Positions 13,589-26,100 of a stretch of 64,000 bases of DNA are shown piece after piece (the stretch's first letter is position 1; each line of letters opens with the position of its first letter). The notes beneath the pieces are model-generated. The model saw nothing but the letters and a program-made list of their open reading frames with translations, did no database searches and was not told the DNA's origin. The position numbers and the translations under genes are program-made. The stretch comes from Camelus ferus (Eukaryota), in assembly GCF_009834535.1 (NCBI RefSeq), contig NC_045698.1, positions 2,978,001 to 3,042,000 on the forward strand, written 5' to 3'.

Positions 13589-13654
13589 ATTATTAAATGC
13601 CGGTATATAAACAGTCACTTAAACATTTCCGAGCATTTAGATGTCGGATATATT
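13589..13654 (+). pseudogene. Candidate exon IIKCRYINSHLNISEHLDVGYI (66 nt, phase 0-0)
   Basis: Follows a ~100-nt T-rich tract; acceptor aaccag|, donor ATT|gtgagg. Confidence 0.55.
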
Positions 13655-14418
13655 GTGAGGATGGCAGGGAAAGTATTTCCTCCTTTTTTAAATATGATGA
13701 ATCTGAAGTTATGAAACTTTGATTGTCTTGTCTCAGTTGGTATAGCTGAGAACAGAACATCCAAAGATTCAGATTTTGAGGCCCCCAAAGGCCTTGGAAT
13801 CTCCAATGGTTTATGGTATTTCATTTCTCTTCTTCCTGCCCACCCCTCTGCTCTTCTTGTTCTTCTTTTCATGTTAACATTAGAACTGACAAAGAGATTA
13901 CTATCAACAGTTTAAAGATATTAAAATCCCTCCATGTAAATCATTAGCTCATCAATCATTTATTAGTAAACAATGTTTTGATGAGTTTACAAAAATGTCC
14001 CAACTCTTACAAAAATAAAAAACATTAAAAAAAGATCTTTGCATGTAAATCCTAAACATGCCCCCAATTACTATTTTGACCAAATACTATGTCCCAAAGG
14101 GGCTTAGCTCAGTTCACTTGAGCACAAGTGAAAAATTTGCCCCACCTGCCACCATGCTGAAGCCAGTTGACTAGTTAATGGCTAAAACTGAGTGAAATGA
14201 TTGTTAAACAGGAACCAGTCTGTGCAAACATTTTACTAAGTATGTCCCAAGCCTATTCCAAAAGACCATGAATTTACAGAGGCCAAGCAGGCAGGCCACC
14301 GAGTTAAGCTCTTTACTTCATTTCTAAAATTAATGCTTCTTTGCTTTGGACAATGTTTTCATTATGCTGCATAAAAAAAGAAATGTTCTCCAGGGGTGCA
14401 GCTTTTCACAGAGTTCAG

Positions 14419-14710
14419 TTTTCAGTTATGGAAGATGAAACAAAAAGAGACTTTTGCTTTCTAAACAATATTACCAAAAAAATCACATCAAAAATGCATG
14501 GGGGGCGTGGGTACAGCTCAGTGGTAGAGCACATGCTTAGCATACATGAGGTCTTGGGTTCAATCCCCAGCATCTCCATTAAAAAGAAAAAAGGCAAAAA
14601 AATGTTTTTTAATTAAAAAACAATTCATGGAAGTGCTAAGTATAAACGGCTCCTTGCAGTTGAAGAACTCACATGTTCTCCAGAACCCTTTTCCCCAGTC
14701 GCCAGTTCCA
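14419..14710 (+). pseudogene. Candidate exon interrupted by a SINE; reconstructed as FSVMEDETKRDFCFLNNITKKITSKMHGSAKYKRLLAVEELTCSPEPFSPVASS (phase 0-1)
   Basis: The same reading frame is open on both sides of the SINE. Donor CCA|gtaagt, acceptor gttcag|. Removing 129 nt (SINE plus one TSD copy) restores a stop-free 163-nt exon. Confidence 0.6.
14500..14620 (+). mobile_element. tRNA-derived SINE (camelid Vic-1-like)
   Basis: A-box-like tacagctcagtggtaga, B-box-like gggttcaatccc, A-rich tail; approximate TSD aaaaatgcatgg / aacaattcatgg. Confidence 0.9.
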
Positions 14711-16430
14711 GTAAGTTCAGTGCAAGCATCTGGCACGTCTTCCGTGCCTCTTGGAGAAAATGATGTCGGCACAGTCTTACTGCTTCTCTCCTCCTCCTGC
14801 TTAATCCGGATGCAACTGGTAGACACTTTAGATCGCTCAACTTTGGGGCTACAACTAGGCTAGAACGCTATGCTTCAGGTGATTATTTAATTTAAAAAAA
14901 TAGATTATTATGGAAAAAGTAGAGAAATAAGTATCAGGGAGGGATTTTTTGTAAGATTGGGTCACTTAGTACAGTAGATACAACAGTTCAGCCCCCCTCT
15001 CTCTCCCTCTCTGTCTGTGTGTCTTCCACACACTCTCATATACATACACACATGGTAACCCAGTTAGTTGTCTGATCTGTGATCACTCTTATAATGATTC
15101 ATCAATACCCACACCTGATTTTTGTACTATTTCCAATTCAATAAAGAAGATTTTATACTTGAATTTTTTGTCCAGTCCAAATATATAACTATGGATTCAC
15201 ATTTAATATTGTTCTATGTCTTTCTCTTGTAGATATAGCTAAATAATAACACCATTGGTTATCTTTTTGGCATGAATTACATTATTTTTAACAGTTTGGT
15301 TCCATAAGAGTTTATTTCCATTTAAAGAAGACTGTTTTTTAATTATAATGAGTGATGAATTTAGAGCTCCTGATTAAATATCAAATCATATTAATGAAGT
15401 TTGTTCAAAGAACTCGTTAAAACTAGGCAATTTACTGAACAGTTTTAAGAAAATAGCAGGAGTCTATAGAGTATGTTGGGACTATTGCTTTTGCAATGAA
15501 TGAGCATCAATTTGTATGTAGCAATCATTAAAATAGAATATTCCAATTAAACAGTTTCTTATCAAATCAGAAAGAATGTTTTCCCCAATTACAAACAAGG
15601 AGTAGAACTAGCCTGCCATAATTAGTGTATACACTGGAGCAAAATGGCCTGGCTCTGGAGGTGTGCATATTAGCAGTCAGAATATCTTCACTCAGCGGAG
15701 CTGAAGTTTTTGAAGTTTGTGACAGTGCTGCATGAAATACAACATCTCCTTAATTTACACCCTCGCCCTGGTTTCCGTGCCCAGGGACAATAGCCAGCTT
15801 AACGTTCGGGTGGTCTGGCTCAAGTACTGAAACAGCGACACCCCAAACCCAGGCTCCTAAATTTTACCTGTTAGCACAATGACTAATAATATGTACAGGT
15901 AACAACCATAGGATGATTTTTTTAAATTATGAAATAATACTTGCATTCAAGAAAGTGTTTCATAAGAAGAAAATTCCAAAATACTCTGATATATGCACTT
16001 AACTAAGGGAATTTTTCTCTCACAATTTTCTGAAAGAATTTTAGAGTAATCTGAAGCCTTGTTTAAGCACCTACAATACACAGAAAGATCTCTTCATTCT
16101 GTATCTTGTTGGTTGACATCACAGACGTAGACTTACCGTTCTAAAATGACTGCTGTCCCTCAGACCACATACCTGTTCTACGTGCCCCAGCCTCACCAAT
16201 CGAAGGGTGTTTCCCCGCCACGATGGCCTCTGATCTTGTTTCCCACACTTCGCCTTCCTCATCTCTCACTTGGAGAAAGCCTGATTCTACAACCAACTCA
16301 GAAATTAGGAACAAATGCATCTTTGTGCTTACCATCTCTAAAAGTTATCAGTTATTTTCCATCAGAAAATAATTGAATAATTTCATCTTATTATTTTATA
16401 TCCCACCAATAAAATAATGAATTTAAAAGG

Positions 16431-16609
16431 TTTTTTAATTTTTTTTTTTATTTTTTAAATTTCTTTTGTTCATTTTTATTTATTTTTTATTGATGGGGGG
16501 AGGTAGTTAGGTTTACCTACTTATTTTTAGAGGAGGTAATGGGGATTGAACCCAGGATCTTTTGTATGCTAAGCACGTGCTCTACCACTTGAGCTATACC
16601 TTACCCCCC
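16431..16609 (-). mobile_element. tRNA-derived SINE (camelid Vic-1-like, longer form)
   Basis: Reverse strand reads ggggggtaaggtatagctcaagtggtagagcacgtgcttagc...ctgggttcaatcccc...taaacctaactacctccccc followed by an A-rich tail. Confidence 0.9.
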
Positions 16610-16749
16610 AAAGTATTTTATTTTTATGGAAAACAAACATAAATAAAGCAAATGCTAAGAGAGTAAATTTGAAATGCCCTGAGTGTTCACTTCCCTGCCC
16701 CGTATTTGGAGAGAAGTGCATCATTTCTAATAACAACTTCTCATCTCCT

Positions 16750-16800
16750 CCACACCCACACCCACACCCACACCCACACCCACACCCACACCCACACCCA
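16750..16800. repeat. (CCCACA)n hexamer microsatellite
   Basis: Eight perfect CCC tracts spaced by ACA. Confidence 0.95.
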
Positions 16801-17507
16801 CCGCGCTCGTCGCCTGCTGGTCCTCGGTCTCCCTGGGGCTGACTCTGACTTCGCGTGAGCTCTGGTTCCCCGTTTGCTCTCTTGATACACTCTGCTACTT
16901 TCTGTGAATTTGCTTGTTTGCTGTTTTTCTCACTTTTTTTTTAATTTTCCAAGGACAGACTCCTCCTTGATCCCGTTTTTCTCCAATTTGTCCTGCACAG
17001 AAGCTAGAAAGGCAAAGCCACTCAATGAATAACAGCTACTTCTGTGAATCATTCGTCTTTACAGCTTATTACAATAATAAAGGACAGCAGTCCTTAAGAA
17101 TCTAACATTTCATTTAAAGTGGGGTTACATCAGGATGAAGACCTTAGTTCTTTTCTGCTCCGTATAATTAATACAATAATGATAATGAATGTTGTAGATC
17201 CCCTTCCCGGTTTGTTAACTTTGCCTTATTTTTTGTCCTTGCCCACTGAGTCCATTACTACATTTTACAAATTCATGTCACCCAGCCTAAGAGAAAAGGG
17301 ACAAAAGTTGCAGCTACATCTGGTCAATCTATTTTCACTATTCAAAAACCAACCCAGAGTGCAGCAAAGTGATTCAATTATACATATACATATGCATAAA
17401 TACATATTAAAAAATAAAATAAAATGAGTACCTTGAAGGCAACTGTTCAAAAACAACAACAACAACAACAACAACCTAAAGGATGTGGCTTGATGACTGC
17501 TTGTATG

Positions 17508-17539
<32 letters not shown>

Positions 17540-17877
17540 TCCTTGACAGTACTATTAAAATAACCCACCAACCCTAATGATGTTCATTTGCACGCACTGA
17601 CAGCTGCAGAGTGTACTTCAGCATAGATACTCTGATGGCAGTAAAGATATTGAACATGAAAATATTATTTGAATTACTGTGGTTCAGAAATGTTAGCCAT
17701 TACTGATATGACACAGCTAGATTCCAAAAAAAAAATTGCAACACTTTTGCTTGACATTGTGTGTGCTGAAATGTATTTGCACACTGTTCAAATCAAACCA
17801 TGAAAGACAAAGGGACATTCTTCCTGCTTGGCGCACAGACCAGCCCAGAAACCATTTCCCTCTTCCTCCCCTTCCAG

Positions 17878-17977
17878 GAGAGAGATTTGCATATGTGTGC
17901 ATCACCTGCAGTTCATCAAATACTAAGAATCTTGAGAATTTCTGGGAGGACTATGCTGAGGAGAGGATTACCTGGAA
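17878..17977 (+). pseudogene. Candidate exon (R)ERFAYVCITCSSSNTKNLENFWEDYAEERITW(K) (100 nt, phase 1-2)
   Basis: Very strong acceptor tttccctcttcctccccttccag|, donor GAA|gtaaac; phase matches the 14710 donor. Confidence 0.6.
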
Positions 17978-18618
17978 GTAAACATGCTATTGAGGTGTGA
18001 TTTTAAGGAAGCACTGTGTTAACTTCCAAGAAAAAGTTCCGTTGTTTCTGCTCGCACCAAAAGGGCTCAAGCCACGTCCGTATGACTGTTTTTCTGAACA
18101 CGGTGTGCTTGTTCTACCAAGGATATACCGATAATTCAAGGTAATCAGCAGAGTACATTACAGGAGAAAATCTGAACCAACAAGCTGTACAAACAGAATA
18201 GCAATGGGAAGATTTAATGCATTTCTGATGTACATTTAAGGCACTGACACTGGGCCACAGATGTACATGTGTTGTGTTTTATATTGCTGAGATATGGCCT
18301 GTGAGAACCCATTACAGCATATCATCCTCCCCACTGGAGGGTCCGGGAAGGAAAAATTCCATCACACATTACTCCTGCGGATGGATTAGAGAAACAAATT
18401 GTACGCGGAATTGAAAAGTCACAGGCTTGTTCTGTCTTAATAAATTCCTGCCAAAAGGCTAACTGTAAGACTAGAAATACTTCCCAATGTTGTTACTGTA
18501 TTATCACCTTTGACATCTCCAGGGCTGCTCCAAGAATCATCAGATATCTGTTCAGGGCTCTCACAAGAAATTCTCCTTTTACCTTTTCTTTTTTTTTTTT
18601 TTTTTTTCTCCCAACCAG

Positions 18619-18720
18619 GTTTTGATTGTATGTAGCCATTTTGAGTTGTCTGTACCCAAAATAAAAACCTTCCTTTGGCTAAAAGAAAAGAATACTTTTA
18701 AAGAAGATGATTGTCAATAG
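18619..18720 (+). pseudogene. Possible further or terminal exon VLIVCSHFELSVPKIKTFLWLKEKNTFKEDDCQ*
   Basis: Poly-T tract plus ccaaccag| acceptor; 33 open codons in phase 0. The phase link to 17977 is unresolved and needs an intervening exon, possibly one ending at the donor AAG|gtaatc at 18140. Confidence 0.35.
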
Positions 18721-19267
18721 GCTGTTCCGACTTAATCTGGATAGTTTCAGAATTCAAGGTGCTAATTATTACCATAAATTTCCCGTTAGACTCTTCAGAA
18801 GATTTTCAAGGTCTGCTAGGTAGGACAGGTAAGAAACAAAAAAGTAAACGTGCAAACTCTGATTTCCTTGAGGGAAAATTCTGAGTCCTAATTATCTCTA
18901 GTGTTGTAGTAGCTAAAACTTAGTGGAATGCTGTACAAATATCTGTTAAATAAATGAAAGAATGATGTTGTGATTAAATGCAATTATGATGCTTTAAAAT
19001 ATCCTAATGATATTAACCTAGTAACCATTTTATAAACCAAGATTTATGATATCAGTTTTACAAGCTTAGTTCAAGTCTTAAATTGTCTCTTTTTTTCTAT
19101 CTGTCACTAATATGGCCTCTCTTGAAAGTGTGTATATTAATCTTGTCATCTATGCATTGTATATATCAAAACCTAGCTTTAATTCCAAAATAAAGAAAAA
19201 AACTGAGAAAAACCTACAGAAATAAATGATTATTCAAGCCAAAGATTTGTAACCTGCTATAGGAGTG

Positions 19268-19741
19268 TGTATTAGTTATCTAGGGCTGTGTAACAAATTA
19301 TCCCAAAATACTGAGGGTCCAAAACAGCAAAGATGTATTATGTTACAATTTATGGGTGTCTGGACATTGGGTATAGCTTGAAGTCACATGAAGTGTGAAG
19401 TCACATGAGGCCACAATCAAGCTGTCATCCAAGGCTGTGGCATCTCAGGGCTCTACTGGGCCTGGATAATCCACTGCCCAGCCTCTCCACTGGGTACCTG
19501 AGTGGCGCCATGGCACAGCACCTGGCGATAACAGGACAGACTTCCAGAGAGTCATCAGGATGAAAGCTACTGTCTTTTTGTGTCCTGATCTCAGATGTGA
19601 AATCCCATCACTTCTGTTCTGCCTGCTCATAAGAAGTGAATCAATGGGATTATCACACATTTAAGGGGAGGGGATTACACAAGAGCATAAATACAAAGAG
19701 GAAGGGATCACTGAGATCCATCTTGGTGGATATCTACCATA
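19268..19741 (-). mobile_element. MaLR LTR (MLT1F/G-like)
   Basis: Starts tgtattagttatctagggctgtgtaacaaattatcccaaa and ends ccatcttggtggatatctaccata. Confidence 0.8.
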
Positions 19742-21477
19742 AAGAGGGTCAACAGCAGATTTTACTTTTAAGAAACAAACTGCGTTATGAAATGATTTGT
19801 AATAGTTCATGTCAAATTATAGAGTAAAATTAGGAAGATTCTCAAGACCAAGCATTGGGTGTATTTTAGGAAGAAGGAAAAAAGTGAAAGGTAAAGTAGA
19901 GGAAATGAGGTTTTGAGCAATTACATATCCAAGTGCTGTGCACAAATCCTACTAGATCCTACCTTATTAATCCTCATAGCAACCTTGCGAGGTTGGTTCG
20001 GCTACCAGATGAGCTATTGGGACTCAGAAAACAAGCATGCTTGTGTTCACAGAGCTGGAACTTGAGTCCATACCTTCTTGCTGGAGAACCAGTGCTTTCT
20101 GTTCTACATAAACATCCCAGTGCTGGCCTTCCTGGACCTGGGGCTGAAGAGTTAGTTCCTAGACCCCCTTTTTCTGGTTGACATCCTGTGAGCTTAAGCA
20201 TGGCAAGTGGTCTTTCTAAGCTTCAGTTTCCTGAACTGCCAAGGAATGGATTTCTAGTCCAGAATGCTTGTTTTCACAATATCCACAACTTTGGATAAAG
20301 TCAAGGGCTAGTTTATGGTTTCCCAAGTGCAGATGGTCAAAGATGGGACTGTGAATATAATGCTTTTGACTCCCAACCAGCACTTTTATAGTTCCTGCTG
20401 CATCCGTACACACTCTTTCATGCATTTATTTATCCTCACAACAAGGATGGATTCTGAACCTGCTCTTTCTAAGAACTTCTCTTGGCACAAAAGGTGGAAA
20501 TGGTGATGAAGACACACAAGCCTTGCTGTAACAGATTCCAGTGAGAAGATTGTGAGCGGAAAGGGCAGAAAGGATAATTGGGGCTTAACAAAAAAGACTT
20601 AAATAGAGTAAAGTAGATGACAGTCTTGTACCTGATAATTATGTTATGCCACTTATTACAGAAAAAAAACTGACTCTATAATCATAAAGTGTCATCTTTG
20701 CTCATAAACATTTTTAGAGGAAATTATCACTTGATGATATATGACTCTACAGATGACTGTGACAGAGAAAAAGCCTTACATTTCAAACATTAACCTGTTT
20801 ATCATACTAACATAACTAAAATCTTTTACAACTAATGGTAAAAGAAACTTTCAATGTTTGAGGTAAACTAAATAACATATTTAAGTATTTCTGAAATGCG
20901 TAAATATTTATTAGTGATGAAAACACCCCTAGGGGAAGAAGGCATGTTCAACATGGTGACTACCATGAAATGTAGTTTAAAGTACCAGAAAGGAAAAAAA
21001 AAAAAAAAACACTTTATTTTAGAGCAAAATGTTCAAGGGCAATTTTTATGTTCTCTGAGATTCAACAGCACAGTTACAGTGACTAAAGGGTGTGTACCCA
21101 AATCTCCAGGATTAAACCAGTACAGGTTATGGGGAAAAAAAAAATCTAGCAAGGAACATATTAATCCTCTCAAGCCAACCTGTAACAGCATGTTCATTAT
21201 GCTACTGTCCCAGCAGAAGTCAGCCAGTTCCTATCAAAGCCTCTATGACTTTGCTTTGAGTGGTTTTTAACTGAAGTGGCAAGAATGAACTCTTTCTTTC
21301 CAGTTTAAAACAAAGGTGGACTTTGATTGGAGCTCTCACTACAAAACAGACTGGAGCGGCTCTCTAAAGGAGAAGGGCGACTCTGATTTGTATGCCTTCT
21401 ACCTTCACGGCTTGATCTGAGGAGTGATTTAGGCTGAAGCCTGGCATTGGTTTTAGCAAAACCCCCCATTTCTTCTT

Positions 21478-21743
21478 CTTTTCTTTTCAGCTTTATTGAC
21501 ACATAATTGATGAATAAAGTTGAAAGAAATTGAAAGTGCACAAGGCAATGATTTGATATAATCACTTGCAAGGATTCTCTCCACCAAGTGAATTAACACA
21601 ACCATCACCACACAAACTTCGTTCACATATTTAACTTCCACTCTCTTAGAAAATTTCAGTTATATAATATCATGTTATCAACTATAGTCATCAGGCTATG
21701 CATTAGAACCTCAGAACTTATCCATCTAACAGCTGAAAGTTTG
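21478..21743 (-). mobile_element. L1 3' end (L1MA-like)
   Basis: cagctttattgacacataattg...ttatcaactatagtcatc...ctcagaacttatccatctaacagctgaaagtttg. Confidence 0.85.
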
Positions 21744-22729
21744 AAAATGCTCCATTTCTCTAGTGCTTTTAGCAGTCTTATGATCTGACAGCATTGCCAA
21801 TTCTTCACAAATGACAGGCCAGGAAGTAGGCCCTGTGCATTCCTTTAGAATCAAGAGATGGTAAGAACTTAACCTTACAGAGAGGATTTTCTCAGTTATG
21901 TGAAATCATAATATGTTGCTAAAGATTTTAAATACTTGGTGCCTGTGGGAAAAAGTGAGATTTTCTCCTGATCTTTCTTTCCTTTATACATGTGGAGAAT
22001 TCCTTAGCTCAAACCTCCACGGAGGTAGACAGACACAGATGTAAAAAATTGCTGACGATCACTCTCATTACTGTAGTGTTCATAATAAACACGACCGACA
22101 TTCAACTCTGTGAAAGAAACAGTGCTACAGATTATCATTCCCGCCTCCTCTTACACAAAGACAACATAAAAGTGATTAGGAATTAATTGAAACTACTGTA
22201 AGCTGAAGCTAATCTCCCAGGATACAGGAAGTTTACAACAGACCTGAGGCTTTCTGTCCCCACTCTCTCTCAAATAAATTTCAGAGTTTGCATTCCTGGC
22301 AGAGTGAATTTTTTAAAATGGCTTTGATGGGAAAAGAACATTCGCTCAAATCAGAGAATATAAAATATTACACAACTGAGACAGGTTTATGTTAGTTGAA
22401 CATCCCAGAATAATAATCATGAGAAGGGAAAAGAAAGACACAAGGGGACTCATCTGTGATGTCTTCCACTTTTAAAAGCCACGCTGGAAAAGTCATGTTG
22501 GGGAGAACACTTACCTTGTTCACTAGGGAAATGAGGAATGCTTTCTTACCTACATTGTTCTTGGTAAATGCATGGAGAAACTGAACTCTGTAGGTAATCA
22601 CGGTAGCCACTAACAGCTCTTGGGTACCCGCTATGCATTTTTGTTGTGGTTTCCAGGTGTTCATAAACCCCAGGGGTACTACACTACCCACTTTTTAGAT
22701 AGAGATGTTGGCTAGTGTTAGAAAGTGAT

Positions 22730-23135
22730 TGTATCAGTCAGGATACATTAGGTTGTGTTTCAGTAACAAACAACCCCAATGTCTCAGTGGCTTATGGAAC
22801 AGAGATTTACTGCTGACATGCTAGTTCAGGGTGCACCTGGAGTCCACACAAGCAGGTGTCTTCCAAGTGGTAACTCAGGGACTCGGGTATCAACAAATGG
22901 AAACTTCACACGTTGGAGTCATGTGCCTCTAGCCGAGGACTGGGGGTGAGGCTATGGGGGCTGAGGGGCAGATAAGTCACACATCCTCTTGACTGCATTG
23001 ACCTGGAAGTAACCCATCACTTCCACTCAAGGTCTATGGATAAGAATGCCTGATTTGACCTCATTTCAGTGCTCAGAGGCTCAGAAGCAGGAAAAGCTGT
23101 GTGGGCAGCTGATGGGACTGTTGGTCTCTGCCACA
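22730..23135 (-). mobile_element. MaLR LTR (MLT1J/K-like)
   Basis: tgtatcagtcaggatacattaggttgtgtttcagtaacaaacaacccc...cctggaagtaacccatcacttccactca. Confidence 0.75.
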
Positions 23136-26100
23136 GGAGTGGAACCTGGAAAATTCCGCAGTTGTGGGGATGCCAGTGACAGCTTTGGGGAGATGAATAT
23201 TTGACGGTCATTGCTACTGCCCGCTTCGGCCAAGGGGGCACTGCCATTTGGAAACCTCAGCAGAAGCAGCAGCACGTGACCCTGCGAGAGGCCAGAGGCC
23301 AGGGCTCTGGGCTGCGCGGGCTTCTCCACCAGCAGGATGTCTTGGGATGGCTGGGAGAACGAGAGGGCTCCATCCCTCAGCCCAGAGCAGGGCTGCTAGG
23401 AGCACGATGTTGCTGCTTCCTGCCAGGAAGACTATGGTGGAAAGCCCATGAAGCGAAACTCTGGCCTTTGCACACTGGTAATAATGTGAAAATGTTCTGA
23501 GCACAGGGCTTCGACCAGCAGCTGCAACATTTTTCCACACATAAATGGATAAAATCATTGAAGGGTTCCTAACAGGAAGCGAACTCCTGGGAAAGCTATT
23601 AGCAGGTGAACATTTGCAATTCATGTGACACTGTTCTTGCCTTGAGGAATATATCATGGACAGAGTCCTGTTTGGTTTAAAATGTAACTATCACAGCAGA
23701 GTGGGCTGAGCATTCAGATCTCAGCTGGGTTTCTCTTGAATGTATTAACTTACAGATGGAAACCCACTTAAAATCGTTTAGTGTCTTCCAGTAACCCCTT
23801 CTTCTCCTTTTCTAGAAGTGACACTGCTCTTCAGGCTTGTAATCCTCCAGGACCTCTGACCTTTCTTGCCTGTGGCACTCGGGGCACCCTCTGTCTCCCT
23901 AGTCCTGTCAATAGCGCCTTCCTCCCTTTCTCGGTATTTCCACGTCGGTATTTCCACGTCGTAGCCAGAGCTCCTAACTACTCTGTCACTACATTGTCTT
24001 GCCCTCTCTACTGCTGACTAAAGATCATGCAGGCAGCTTGACTGTTCCATTATTTTTTCTCCCCAAGTTTGCAGTGATCTAGGGCTGGGGAAGGCCTTGG
24101 AACAAGTCATAGTATTGACCTTCCCGACATAACCAGATTTTTATGGGGGCTGACAGAATTTCAGGAGTGATACCACTAGACTAGGAGATCCAGAAAATCT
24201 TCTCAGTAACGTGGTGGAAACGTTCACTTCCCCGAGGATTGCTAGTGGCTTTGGAGTGTCTATATTTACCTGTGAAAGTCTGCTAACCTGTCGTCTAGTC
24301 AATGATCTTGTCCTGAACCAGCTTCACCCCTTTCACTGCAGTGCAGAGGCTGTTTTCCCTAAGATCCTGTTCGGTTTTCATTAATCCTTTTGTTTTCTGA
24401 GATCAAAGAAAGAGACAAAATCTAGTAAACGATGTGTAATACAGTTTTCACAGACTGGCTGCAATAAGTTGTCTCCGGGTTCCATGGTTGTTGGCTTCCA
24501 TTGTCTTTCATTTCAAGCACGAAATAGTCCAGCCCAGGAACTAAAAGTGGAAAACTACTGAGAGGAATCTTTCCAGATATAACCAGCTCACACCGACTAG
24601 TGAAAAAGGCTCCTCTCATGAGGAAAAAAAAAAAAAAGGAATACAAAAAAGCATAATACAAAGGATTTGAATCTTACTAAAAATGGCAGCATGAGGGCAT
24701 ACACATCCCAGGATGAGACTCCCTTCGCTTTCTGCAAGAGACACTAAAGGAGAAAATATTTTATGGCCAGCGACTGGTCACAGGGCAGTCGGGGCTACAA
24801 GTTGTCAGCTAATAAGGGAGTAGGGAATGAAACGTAAATTGAATGTTAAGTGCTCCGGTAAGCCTCCTTAACACGATTCTCAAAACTCGCAGGCCTGCTA
24901 CCCACAAACGGACGTGTTTAGATTCATATGATTGCGGCATCCACCTGCAGACCCCATGGTGCTGCTCCATCTGTGTATTTTACTGTAGGTCAAGGCAGTT
25001 AATCACCAGGAGGCCTCGGGGCAGCCACATAGAAGCTTATTTATGGGCAAATCAAGAAACCGAAATACTGAACCGTGCCTGATGAGCTGCACTAATATGC
25101 TACTTGTGGCTAATTTCTGAGCTGCTAACCCACAGGTGTTTGCCCTCCCCCATAAATCAGGCCGTCCGCCTCCCCTCTGCACTCTGGGTCCTAACATGCA
25201 TATAGATAGCCTGTTTAAATGACAGGCAGGAAATAATGGATGGCGCCCTAAATCATTCCAGTGTTTAGTCAACTGTCTCTCCTCCGAAACTGGTCCTACC
25301 ACGTTCCCACTGCCTCACTCCTCTCGTGTTATTGTAACCCAAGCCTTCTGCGCCACTGCATGTAACCTTTCAAAGGTACAAAGTGTACATTTCCCCATTT
25401 TTATTTGTTTTCCTTGTAGAGCACACCCTTTGCATAAGACAGCACCATTAAAATTTCCACAACAGCCAGCAGGGCAATGAAGCAGAGCAGAATCCCAATG
25501 ACCTAGCTGGGGAAAGGAAACTCTTGCTGGGAGTTTAGCCACGGCAGTCCTCCGTTTACCTTTAATTTATTTTTTTTAAATTAAAGATGTTAATTAAATG
25601 GATCACAAACCAAACAATCTAAACACTAAATATTATGGGCAGGAAATGCTGGGTTTGCATATAATTTGATTCTCTAGAGTAGTTCCTTGTATTAAATCAC
25701 CTTCTGGCTGAAACAACCTAAACAGCCCATCACCTTATAGGTCAATATAAAACCCAGTAGCTATGAAACAACACAGTCCCCATATACTTACAATGTACGT
25801 CTGTGCTAGGAGCAGAAGGGAAGACAGAACTCGGCAGATTTTTTTCAAGCTCTAGCAAAGAAAACTGTTAGGAGGAAATATTAATCAATGGTACCAGATG
25901 AAACCTTATAAATGCATGTAATAGATGACAAAATGATAATGAAAAACCAGGTTGTGGCTTCACTCTATTAGGACAGGCATAGTTACAGTTTGGATGTGAT
26001 GGAGGTCCGATACAAGGACCCTTCACCTCTGTCGCTCACTGAGGGAGAAACACAGCTGTTTGAAATCTTCAGTTACTTTTAGGAATTTTAAATGGCTCAC

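Larger units (their letters stand above)
636..17977 (+). pseudogene. Multi-exon protein-coding gene remnant of unknown product, probably disabled; 5' end likely upstream of the window, 3' end unresolved
   Basis: Candidate exons 636-849, 5089-5160, 10335-10397, 10641-10821, 11118-11193, 12595-12634, 13143-13223, 13589-13654, 14419-14710 and 17878-17977 all have AG/GT ends, and phases match at all nine joins. Total is 1056 nt once the SINE is removed. Lesions are in 10641-10821 and 14419-14710. Confidence 0.65.

Noticed and set aside
14500..14580. tRNA-Ala-like gene
   Set aside because: It has an A-rich tail, a TSD, an imperfect acceptor stem and a second diverged copy nearby, so it is a SINE and not a tRNA gene.
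22514..22587. Minus-strand exon-like segment with a gtaagt donor (similar isolated donors at ~16136, ~36236 and ~36321)
   Set aside because: These are isolated consensus donors with no phase-consistent chain or strong acceptors, and they occur commonly by chance.
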